The notes beneath the pieces are model-generated. The model ran no database searches, had not been told where the DNA came from, and saw only the letters and a program-made list of their open reading frames with translations. Made by a program: the position numbers and the translations under genes. Shown piece after piece: positions 32,426-40,698 of a stretch of DNA of 64,000 bases (its first letter is position 1; every line of letters starts with the position of its first letter). This stretch comes from Armatimonadota bacterium (GTDB taxonomy: Bacteria > Sysuimicrobiota > Sysuimicrobiia > Sysuimicrobiales > Kaftiobacteriaceae): NCBI GenBank assembly GCA_037440005.1, contig JBBIUY010000006.1:44326-108325 (forward strand), given 5' to 3'.

Positions 32426-35400
32426 ATGAACCTCTACGCCTGGGCCGTCGGGCTGGCCGGGTGGGCCGTGCTCCTGCCCCTGCTCCGGCTCACTCCTCTG
32501 CCGCCTCCCGAGCTGCTGGCGGCGTTCGCGCTGCTGGCCGTGGCCACCGAGTGGCTGCTGGTCCCCCTGCCCCGGGGCGGGTACCAGTCGGCCGGGCTGG
32601 CGGTGTCGGCGGCCGCCCTGCTCGTCCTGGGCCCGGCGCCTGCGGCCCTGGCGATGGCGGCGGGGGTGATGGTGGGCCACGGGCTGCTGCACCGCCGCTC
32701 GCTGTCCACCGTCGCCTTCAACGGGGGTCAGTACATCCTGGCCGTCTTAGCCGCCGGAGCCGCCTTCACCGCCGTCGACCCGCGGGTGGGGTGGCCTCCT
32801 GGGCCCCTCTACCAGGGCCGGGCCGACCTGGTCTTCTTCGCCGCCTTCTTTGCGGCCGTGGCCGCCCACGTCCTCACCGGCAGCCTGTGCGTCAGCGGGA
32901 TGGTCAGCCGCCTGCGCCGCGCCCCCTTCCTGGCGGTGTTCGGGGTCAACGTGGCGTGGGAGGCGGTCAACAATCTGGCCTTCGCCACCCTGGGATTGGT
33001 CCTGGCCCTCATCTACGTCCACGCCCTGCCGGTGAGCGCCGTGGTCCTGACGGCGCCCCTGCTGCTGATGGGGTACATCCTGATGCTGCACACCGCCCGG
33101 GAGCAGGCCCGCCGGGAACTGGAGGTGGTCGAGCGCATCGGCCGGGCGTCGGCCACATTGGACCTGGAGCAGCTGTACCGCGCCATCTACGAGTCGGTGG
33201 CCGCCGTGATGCCCGCCGACGCCTTCTGCGTGGCCCTGTGCGACTACGAGAGGGCGGTCCTCAGGTACGACTTCGTGGTGGACCGCGGCCGGCGGGTGCC
33301 GCCCCAGGACGCGGTCCTCACCCCGCCGGTGCGGGACCTGCTGGCCGCCGGCATCCCGCGGCTGCTGACGGCGTCGGCCGGGGCGGCTGACGTCCCCGAC
33401 CTGCTGCCCGGGGACCGCCGGGGCGGCCGGCCGGCCTCCACCCTGGCGGTGCCGATCCTGCGGGGAGCCCAGGCGGTAGGCCTGCTGGCGGTGTGCAGCG
33501 ACACCGCGGGGGCTTACACCGGGCGGGACGCGCGATTGCTGGAAACCATCGCGACGCAGATCACCACCGCCATCGACAACGCCCGCCTGTTCGACGCCAC
33601 CCGCCGCAGCCTGGACCGCCTGACCACCCTCCAGCGGGTCGCCAACGCGGTGGCGGCCAGCCGGACGTTCGGCGACGTGGTGGAGGCCATCATGGACGGC
33701 GCGCGCCAGGTCCTGGACGCCGACCGGTGCGCCATCTACCTGGGGACCGAACAGACGGGACTGACAGACGTCCACGCCCACGGTCTGCCCGCGGAGTACC
33801 TGGAGGCTCTGCGCCAGGCGGTGCGCGGCCCGGTGGGCGGCCTGCCCATCAGCGTCCGGGAGCCCACGGTCATCGCCGACGCCGGCGCCGACCCCCGGAC
33901 TCAGGCGTTTCGGGAGCAGCTGGGGGGCGACCGCCTGCCGGTTCTGGAGGAGGTGTGGCAGGCCATCAAGACCGTGGCCGTCCTGCCGTTGCTGCACCGG
34001 GGAGAGCTGCTCGGGGTGCTGGCCCTGTACCACAACCGCATCCGCCCCTACGACGCCGAGGACCTGCGCCTGGCCCAGGCCCTGGCCGACCAGACGGCCG
34101 TGGCCGTCACGAACATCACCCTGCTGCAGCAGGCCGAGCGGCGGGCCGCCGAGGTGGACGTCACCAACCGCATCCTGTCCACCGTCACCGGCACTCTGGA
34201 CCCGCAGGACATGTTCCGCCGGATCGTGGAGGAAGTGGCCCGGGCCTTCGGCTACTCCCGCGTCAGCATCCACCGGCTGGAGGGGGACTACCTGATCCTG
34301 CAGGCCCAGGTGGGCTATCCCGAGGTGCAGGAGAAGATCCACGTGACCAAGGGGATCGTGGGGCGCGCGGCCCGCACCGGCAGGCCGGTCCTGGTGCCCG
34401 ACGTGACCCGGGACCGGGACTACATCATGGCCGACCCGGCCGTCCGCAGCGAGGTGGCGGTGCCCATCGAGGCGGAGGGGCGGGTGCTGGGCGTGCTCAA
34501 CGTCGAGGCCGACGCCTCCCGGACCCTCACCGAGGCCGACGTGGGCCTGCTGCAGCCCCTGGCCGGCCAGCTGGGGGTGCTGCTGCGCAACGCCACCCTC
34601 TTCGACGAGGCCCGGCGGGCCCGGGACGAGATCACGGTGCTGTACGAGGCCGCCAAGGCCACCAGCGCCAGCCTGGAGCTGGAGACGGTCCTCAACAACC
34701 TGGTGCAGGTGACCTGCCAGGCGTTCGGCTACGAGCAGGGCGCCCTGCTGCTGCTGGACGAGCGCAGCGGCGACCTGGTGGTGGAGGCCATCTACGGCTA
34801 CGCCCCCGGCACCCGCGGCTACCGCATCCCCGCCGGCAAGGGGGTCACGGGCTGGGTGGCCCGGACCGGCAAGCCGGAGATCGTGGCCGACGTGCGCAAG
34901 GACCCGCGCTACATCGGGGTCAACGACCAGGTGCGCAGCGAGATCGCCGTGCCGCTGATCAGCGAGGGGCGGGTCATCGGCGTGTTCAACGTGGAAAGCC
35001 CCCGCCGGGGCGCGTTCGGCGACCGGGACCTGCGGGTGCTCACGGCCCTGGCGGGCTACGCCGCCATCGCCATCGAGAACGCCCGGCTGTTCGAGCGCAC
35101 CAAGCGCCTGGCCATCACCGACGGGCTGACCGAGCTGTACAACCACCGCTACCTGCACGAGACCCTGGAGCGCACCCTCGAGCGCTGCCGCCGGGACGGG
35201 CAGCCCCTGGCGGTCGTCATGCTGGAGATCGACAGCTTCAAGCGGTACAACGACACCTACGGCCACCAGCGCGGCGACGAGGTGCTGCGGGTGGTGGCGG
35301 ACCTGCTGCGCCGGGGCAGCCGGGCCGGAGACATCGTGGCCCGGTACGGCGGCGACGAGTTCATGATCGTCCTGCCCAACACCACCAAGGAGGCCGCCGC

Positions 35401-35629
35401 CGAGATCGCCGAGCGCCTGAGGCGGGCCGTGGAGGCCTATCCGTTCCTGCTGGGCGGCGCGACTCCGGCCCCGGTGACCCTCAGCGTGGGCGTGGCGGCC
35501 AGCCCGGAAGATGGCGCCACCGTGGACGCCCTGGTGGACGCCGTGGACCGCGCCCAGTACAGCGCCAAGCGGTCGGGAGGCAACAGGGTGCACGTCGCCC
35601 GCCCGGCCGCCGGACAGGTCCGCGGCTGA
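32426..35629 (+). CDS. Integral-membrane sensor diguanylate cyclase: N-terminal domain of roughly 8 TM helices, four GAF domains, and a C-terminal GGDEF domain
   Basis: GGDEF active site RYGGDEF and an I-site-like RxxD. Four GAF repeats carry a conserved GxVGxxARTGxP motif. The first ~290 aa are hydrophobic. Confidence 0.85.
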   Translation: MNLYAWAVGLAGWAVLLPLLRLTPLPPPELLAAFALLAVATEWLLVPLPRGGYQSAGLAVSAAALLVLGPAPAALAMAAGVMVGHGLLHRRSLSTVAFNGGQYILAVLAAGAAFTAVDPRVGWPPGPLYQGRADLVFFAAFFAAVAAHVLTGSLCVSGMVSRLRRAPFLAVFGVNVAWEAVNNLAFATLGLVLALIYVHALPVSAVVLTAPLLLMGYILMLHTAREQARRELEVVERIGRASATLDLEQLYRAIYESVAAVMPADAFCVALCDYERAVLRYDFVVDRGRRVPPQDAVLTPPVRDLLAAGIPRLLTASAGAADVPDLLPGDRRGGRPASTLAVPILRGAQAVGLLAVCSDTAGAYTGRDARLLETIATQITTAIDNARLFDATRRSLDRLTTLQRVANAVAASRTFGDVVEAIMDGARQVLDADRCAIYLGTEQTGLTDVHAHGLPAEYLEALRQAVRGPVGGLPISVREPTVIADAGADPRTQAFREQLGGDRLPVLEEVWQAIKTVAVLPLLHRGELLGVLALYHNRIRPYDAEDLRLAQALADQTAVAVTNITLLQQAERRAAEVDVTNRILSTVTGTLDPQDMFRRIVEEVARAFGYSRVSIHRLEGDYLILQAQVGYPEVQEKIHVTKGIVGRAARTGRPVLVPDVTRDRDYIMADPAVRSEVAVPIEAEGRVLGVLNVEADASRTLTEADVGLLQPLAGQLGVLLRNATLFDEARRARDEITVLYEAAKATSASLELETVLNNLVQVTCQAFGYEQGALLLLDERSGDLVVEAIYGYAPGTRGYRIPAGKGVTGWVARTGKPEIVADVRKDPRYIGVNDQVRSEIAVPLISEGRVIGVFNVESPRRGAFGDRDLRVLTALAGYAAIAIENARLFERTKRLAITDGLTELYNHRYLHETLERTLERCRRDGQPLAVVMLEIDSFKRYNDTYGHQRGDEVLRVVADLLRRGSRAGDIVARYGGDEFMIVLPNTTKEAAAEIAERLRRAVEAYPFLLGGATPAPVTLSVGVAASPEDGATVDALVDAVDRAQYSAKRSGGNRVHVARPAAGQVRG

Positions 35630-35692
35630 CGGCCGGCGAACCCGGCCCCCGGGGGCGGAACGGCGTCGGCCGGTGACCGTCTCGCCCCGACC

Positions 35693-36784
35693 ATGGCCCT
35701 CTCGGTCGGCATCGTCGGCCTGCCCAACGCCGGCAAGTCCAGCCTCTTTGTCGCCCTCACCAGGGCGGCGGCGGCGGTGGCCCCGTATCCCTTCACGACC
35801 GTCGAGCCGCACCGGGGCGTGGTGCCGGTGCCCGACCCGCGCCTGGCGGCCATCGCCGCGGTCACCCGCCCCGTCCGCGTGGTGCCGGCCACCCTGGAGG
35901 TGGTGGACATCGCGGGGCTGGTGCGGGGCGCCCACCGGGGCGAGGGGTTGGGCAACCAGTTCCTGGCCCACATCCGCGACGTGGACGCCCTGGCCCACGT
36001 GGTGCGCTGCTTTGCGTCCCCCGACATCCCCCACGTGGAAGGCACTCCCGATCCCTGGCGGGACCTGGAGATCGTGGACCTCGAGCTGGCCCTGGCCGAC
36101 CTGGCCGCCGTGGAGCGGGAACGGGAGCGGGCCCGCGGGCGCGCGCGGTTGCGGGATCCGGAGGCGGCCGCGGCGGCGGACGCGCTGGAGGAGGTCCGGC
36201 AGGCCCTGCAGCGAGGCATTCCGGTCCGGCTCCTGCCGGCCGACCCCCGCCGGGAGGAGGTCGTGCGGCCTCTGCGCCTGCTCACCGCCAAGCCGGTGGT
36301 GTACGTGGCCAACGTGGCCGACGCCGACCTGCCCGACGCCCCCTCCGCCGAGCCCGTCCGCCGGTACGCCCGGGAGCGGGAGGCGCCGGTGGTGGTCCTG
36401 TCGGCCAAGCTGGAGATGGAGGCGGCGGATCTGTCCCCTGTCGAAGGCGCCCAGGTCCTGCGGGCCTACGGGGTTGGCGAGCCCGGTCTGGCGCAGCTGG
36501 TGCGGGCGGCCTACCGGCTGCTGGGGCTGGTGACGTTTTTCACCACCGCCTCCCGGGAGGTGCGGGCGTGGCTGGTGCCCGAGGGGACCACCGCCCCGCA
36601 GGCCGCCGGGCGCATCCACTCGGACATGGAGCGGGGATTTATCCGCGCCGAGGTGATCGGGTGGGAGGCGCTGGTGGCGGCGGGGTCCCTGCAGGCGGCG
36701 CGGGAGAGGGGCCTGGTGCGCCTGGAAGGCCGGTCCTACGTGGTAAGGGACGGCGACGTGGTCCTGTTCCGGTTTGCCGTCTGA
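35693..36784 (+). CDS. ychF: Ribosome-binding ATPase YchF (Obg family)
   Basis: VGIVGLPNAGKSSLF G1 motif and a C-terminal TGS domain. Confidence 0.92.
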   Translation: MALSVGIVGLPNAGKSSLFVALTRAAAAVAPYPFTTVEPHRGVVPVPDPRLAAIAAVTRPVRVVPATLEVVDIAGLVRGAHRGEGLGNQFLAHIRDVDALAHVVRCFASPDIPHVEGTPDPWRDLEIVDLELALADLAAVERERERARGRARLRDPEAAAAADALEEVRQALQRGIPVRLLPADPRREEVVRPLRLLTAKPVVYVANVADADLPDAPSAEPVRRYAREREAPVVVLSAKLEMEAADLSPVEGAQVLRAYGVGEPGLAQLVRAAYRLLGLVTFFTTASREVRAWLVPEGTTAPQAAGRIHSDMERGFIRAEVIGWEALVAAGSLQAARERGLVRLEGRSYVVRDGDVVLFRFAV

Positions 36785-36823
36785 GGCAAAGTACGCCGGC
36801 CCCTGTCAAGCCGTCCATAGCTG

Positions 36824-37808
36824 TTACCGAGATAGCCATCGTCGCGCCACCGAAGGTGTTACCGAGGGGTCTCGCGGCGTGAAGCGGGCGGGGCCGCCTC
36901 CCACGGCGAGGGGGCTTCCCCGGTGGCGGGAGATGTCCGGGTGGACTGTCCGTTCGGAGGCGGCGGAGGTGGGGGCAGAAGGCCGGCTGGCCAGGCGGAA
37001 GATGCGGGCGAGTTTGCGCTGGATGGCCTCCGCCAGGGCAAAGGGGTCCAGGTGCTGGCGCAGGTTCTGGAGAGCCTGGAGCCTGGCTGGGTCGCCGTGG
37101 CCGGAGGCGAGGAAGCGGTCCAGCGGGGTCTGGGGGTGGTCGTAGAGGCGCTGCAGCCGGGAGCCGACGCGGACTGTCCGGAGCAGTTTCACCGAGGGCT
37201 GGGAGAGGTTCATCATGAGGCGCCACTCATGGCGGTAGAGGTCGTTGATGGCCGCGCAGGCTTCCGGGGTGGCGTAGCGGACCCAGCCCAGGAGCTTGCG
37301 GACGTGGGTCCAGTTTTTCTGCTCGACGTGGGCGTGGTGGTGTCCCAGCGGTCGGCCTGAATGGGGATGTGGTGCTTGAGCAGCGTCCCGGGCTTGGTGC
37401 GGCTGTACGGGCGCCGGCGGAGCTGCTGTTTGTAGGGCTGCAGCCGGCGGTCGATGGTGCGGGGGCTGATGGTCAGGAGCTGGTGCGCCACCTCTGGGGG
37501 GATGGTCCAGCGGCGCGCGGCCCAGGGCAGCCACAGCGGCAGGAGGGCTGTGAGGCGAACCGACCAGGGGAAGCCCGCCTCCCAGACGGCCTTGAGCACG
37601 CGCAGGGTCTGGTCCCCATAGGTCCGGGGGGAGCGGCGGCGGCGCGGGGGCCGGGGGGCGGTCCGGTCAGGACCCGGATGGCCGCCTTGCGGTGGTAGCC
37701 CAGGGTGGCACAGAATTCGTCCAGGATCTGGCTTTTGGCCGCTTTGGAGGCCTGGGCATAGCGCCGGCGGACGGTCTGGATGTACTCCCGCTTGGACGTG
37801 GGGCTCAT
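36824..37808 (-). pseudogene. DDE-type (rve/integrase-core) transposase disrupted by at least two frameshifts
   Basis: Three overlapping minus-strand frames carry successive parts. The N-terminal HTH reads MSPTSKREYIQTVRRRYAQASKAAKSQILDEFCATLGYHRKAAIRVL. The middle reads TLRVLKAVWEAGFPW...HHIPIQADRWD. The C-terminus reads HVEQKNWTHVRKLLGWVRY. The exact family is not determined. Confidence 0.7.
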
Positions 37809-37881
37809 AGGCGCGCTCCGGGGAAAAGGGCACTTTTCGGTAACAGTTTCCGTGGCGAGACGACAGCCCCTTCGGTAACAG
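36831..37881. mobile_element. Insertion-sequence remnant with about 50-bp imperfect terminal inverted repeats, inserted in the ychF-rpsF intergenic region
   Basis: The left end (ctgttaccgagatagccatcgtcgcgccaccgaaggtgttaccga) pairs with the reverse complement of the right end (tcggtaacagtttccgtggcgagacgacagccccttcggtaacag). Each end carries a duplicated ctgttaccga subrepeat. The interior encodes a DDE transposase. Confidence 0.7.
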
Positions 37882-37990
37882 TTTAGATGGCGCGATTCGG
37901 CGGCTTCCCCCGCCCGGCGGCCGGGTGCTATAATTGGTTGGCTCAGATAGACCCCGTCCCTGCAGGGGGTTGCCTTCCGGAGGCGCAGGT

Positions 37991-38332
37991 GTGAAGAGTT
38001 ACGACCTGGTGTACATCGTCCGGCCCGACCTGGAACCGGATGCGCTGCGGGCCGTGGTGGATCGCATCGCCCAGCGGATCCAGGAGCACGGCGGGCAGGT
38101 GGAGGTCACCGACGTCTGGGGGAAGCGCAAGATGGCGTACCCCATCCGCCGGTACCGGGAGGGCGTCTACGTGCATACCCGCTTCACCCTGGATCCGCAC
38201 AAGGTGGCCGAGGTCAAGCGGGCGGCCGCCCTGACCGAGGACGTGCTGCGGGCCGTGGTCACGGCGGCCGTGGGTAAGGTGCCCGAGGGGGCGGCGGCCG
38301 GGGCACAGGCCGCCCGGCCCGCGGAGGCGTGA
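37991..38332 (+). CDS. rpsF: 30S ribosomal protein S6 (GTG start)
   Basis: Begins VKSYDLVYIVRPDLEP. An RBS ggagg lies 9 nt upstream. Confidence 0.92.
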   Translation: MKSYDLVYIVRPDLEPDALRAVVDRIAQRIQEHGGQVEVTDVWGKRKMAYPIRRYREGVYVHTRFTLDPHKVAEVKRAAALTEDVLRAVVTAAVGKVPEGAAAGAQAARPAEA

Positions 38333-38733
38333 GGGGAGTGTACAACCGCATCATCCTGATCGGTCGGCTGACCCGGGACCCCGAACTGCGCTACGTCCCC
38401 AGCGGGCAGCCGGTGGCCAGCTTCACCCTGGCGGTGGACCGGCCGTTTGTCAACCAGCAGGGCGAGCGCGGCACCGACTTCATCGACGTGGTGGCCTGGC
38501 GCCGGCTGGCCGAGCAGGTGAGCCAGCACCTGAGCAAGGGGCGCCTGGTGGCGGTGGAAGGTCGGTTGCAGATCCGGTCCTACGAGACCCAGGACGGGCA
38601 GAAGCGCAAGGTGGCCGAGGTTGTGGCCGACGCCGTGCGCTTCCTGGACCGCAAGGCGGCCGGGCCGGAGGCGGCGGTCCCGGAGGTGGAACCGCCTGCC
38701 GCCGAGGCTGCCGACGACGACGTCCCGTTCTAG
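38329..38733 (+). CDS. ssb: Single-stranded DNA-binding protein
   Basis: OB-fold [32 protein letters not shown] and an acidic tail DDDVPF. Confidence 0.92.
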   Translation: MRGVYNRIILIGRLTRDPELRYVPSGQPVASFTLAVDRPFVNQQGERGTDFIDVVAWRRLAEQVSQHLSKGRLVAVEGRLQIRSYETQDGQKRKVAEVVADAVRFLDRKAAGPEAAVPEVEPPAAEAADDDVPF

Positions 38734-38764
38734 CGGGCGGTCCGGAGGCGGGCGCGGAGGAGTC

Positions 38765-39022
38765 ATGGCTGACGGGAAGAGCAAGTCGGGTAAGAAGGAG
38801 TGGCGGGGCCGCCGGCCCAAGCGCAAGAACTGCACGTTCTGCGCCGAGAAGGCCGAGGTCATCGACTACAAGGACGTCACGCGCCTGCGCCGGTTCGTCA
38901 CCGAGCGGGGGAAGATCCTGCCCCGGCGCGTCTCCGGCAACTGCGCGCGCCACCAGCGGGCCCTGGCGGTGGCCATCAAGCGCGCCCGGGAACTGGCGCT
39001 GCTGCCCTACACGTCTGAGTGA
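38765..39022 (+). CDS. rpsR: 30S ribosomal protein S18
   Basis: [43 protein letters not shown]. Confidence 0.92.
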   Translation: MADGKSKSGKKEWRGRRPKRKNCTFCAEKAEVIDYKDVTRLRRFVTERGKILPRRVSGNCARHQRALAVAIKRARELALLPYTSE

Positions 39023-39119
39023 GACGGAGGGGGTCGGGGGCCCGCTCCGGCGGGTCCTCCCCGAATCCCGGGGATCGTCCGCCGGCACCGGGTGAGGGGC
39101 CTGGGGACGCCGGACCCCG

Positions 39120-40217
39120 TTGGTGAGCCCTATGGCGCGCGCCCTTCCCGTCCGCGGACTGACCGAGGGAGCCATCCTGGCCGCCGTGGCGGCGGTGCTG
39201 GCCCTGGCCGCCCACTACCTGCCGGTGGCCGGGGCGGCGGCGTTCTTCCTGTGCCCGCTCCCGCTGGTCGTCCTGGTGGTCCGCCACGGCCTCCGGGTGG
39301 CCGTGCTGGCCGCGGCGGTGGCCGCCGCCATCGGGACCCTGGTGGGAGGGCTGCTCATCGGCCTCAGCATTCTGGTGGCGTTCGCCCCCCTGGGCCTGGC
39401 CATGGGCTGGGCCGTGCGGCGGGGGTGGGCGGGCGGGGCGGTGTGGCTGCTGACCTGGGGCGTCGCCGTGGCCTCGGCGGTGGCCAGCGTCGGCATCGCC
39501 ATGGTGGGGGTGGGCGTGGACCCCCGCCAGGTGCTGCTGGAGACGATCCAGCAGACCCGCAGCAGCCAGGAAGCGGCGATGGGCCTGTACGCCCGGCTGG
39601 GGCTGGATACCCCGCAGGTGCGCCAGGCGGCGGAGCAGATGCAGCGGATGATGGACCTGCTGCCCCGGCTGCTGCCGCTGCTGTTCGTGCTGTCGGGCGC
39701 CCTGAGCGCCTACCTGAACCTGGTGGTCGGCCGGGCGGTGCTGCGGCGGATCCGGATCGACGTCCCGGCGCTGCCGCCGGCGTCGGCCTGGAGGCTGCCC
39801 TCCTGGTTCCTGTGGACGCTGCCGGCGGGGCTGGGCCTGCAGCTGGGAGCCTGGGCGGCGACGGTGCCGGTGCAGGTCCCCGGAGCGGTCCTGCGGCGGC
39901 TGCCCCCCGACGACGTGCGGGCGGTGCTGGCCCAGCCGGTGACCCGCTACCCCCTGCTGGAGACGCTGGGGTTGAACGTGATCATCCTCGCCCAGCTGGT
40001 GTTCTCGGCGCTGGGGCTGATCACGGCGTGGGTGCTGATGGACCGGTACCGGCTGCCGCGCTGGTACCGGGTGGTGCTGCTGGTCCTGGCCGCCGCCACG
40101 CCGGTGCTGAGCCTGGCGGTCTTAGTCCTGGGGCTGGCCGATGTGGCCTTCGACCTGCGGCGCCGATGGCGGTCGGAGACGCCAGCCTCGGGGGCGGAGG
40201 TGCGGGGAGCGCGATGA
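39120..40217 (+). CDS. yybS: DUF2232 (YybS-like) polytopic membrane protein
   Basis: About 10 TM helices. Its position between rpsR and rplI matches B. subtilis yybS. Confidence 0.7.
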   Translation: MVSPMARALPVRGLTEGAILAAVAAVLALAAHYLPVAGAAAFFLCPLPLVVLVVRHGLRVAVLAAAVAAAIGTLVGGLLIGLSILVAFAPLGLAMGWAVRRGWAGGAVWLLTWGVAVASAVASVGIAMVGVGVDPRQVLLETIQQTRSSQEAAMGLYARLGLDTPQVRQAAEQMQRMMDLLPRLLPLLFVLSGALSAYLNLVVGRAVLRRIRIDVPALPPASAWRLPSWFLWTLPAGLGLQLGAWAATVPVQVPGAVLRRLPPDDVRAVLAQPVTRYPLLETLGLNVIILAQLVFSALGLITAWVLMDRYRLPRWYRVVLLVLAAATPVLSLAVLVLGLADVAFDLRRRWRSETPASGAEVRGAR

Positions 40218-40660
40218 AGGTGGTCCTGCTGGCCGACGTGCGGGGGCTGGGTCGCGCGGGAGAGGTGGTCGAGGTCAAAGACGGGTACGCCCGCAACTAC
40301 CTGCTGCCCCGGGGCCTGGCCGCCGAGGCGACCGCGGGCCGGGTGCGGGAGATGCAGGACCACCAGCAGGCCCGCGCCCGGCGTCAGGAGCGGGAGCGGG
40401 AGGAGGCCGCGCGCCTGGCGGCGGCCCTGGAGGGGGTGGCGGTGGACCTGCGCGCCCGGGCCGGCGAGGGAGGCCGCCTGTTCGGGTCCGTCACCGCGGC
40501 CGATGTCGCCGAGGCGCTGGCCGCCCGGGGGTTTGCGGTGTCCAAGCGGCAGGTGGAGCTGGACGAGCCCATCAAGGCCGTCGGCACCTACACGGTGCCG
40601 GTGCGGATCGCCCCGGGCGTGGTGGCCCGGGTGCAGGTGAACGTGGTGGCCGCCCGCTGA
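40214..40660 (+). CDS. rplI: 50S ribosomal protein L9
   Basis: Begins MKVVLLADVRGLGRAGEVVEVKDGYARNYLLPRGLA. Confidence 0.92.
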   Translation: MKVVLLADVRGLGRAGEVVEVKDGYARNYLLPRGLAAEATAGRVREMQDHQQARARRQEREREEAARLAAALEGVAVDLRARAGEGGRLFGSVTAADVAEALAARGFAVSKRQVELDEPIKAVGTYTVPVRIAPGVVARVQVNVVAAR

Positions 40661-40698
40661 TCCGCCCCGGCGGTCGCCGCGGCGGGAGACGTGTCGCC

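Noticed and set aside
36824-37833. Programmed ribosomal frameshifting in the IS transposase
   Set aside because: At least two frame changes are needed to reconstruct the protein, and no slippery heptamer was evident. Decay into a pseudogene is the simpler explanation.
39023-39119. Rho-independent terminator after rpsR (GC stems such as ccgc-tccg-gcgg) and after clpB (ccccgg-agcc-ccgggg)
   Set aside because: The stems are short and not followed by a T-tract. In this GC-rich context such hairpins occur by chance, so they were not reported as features.
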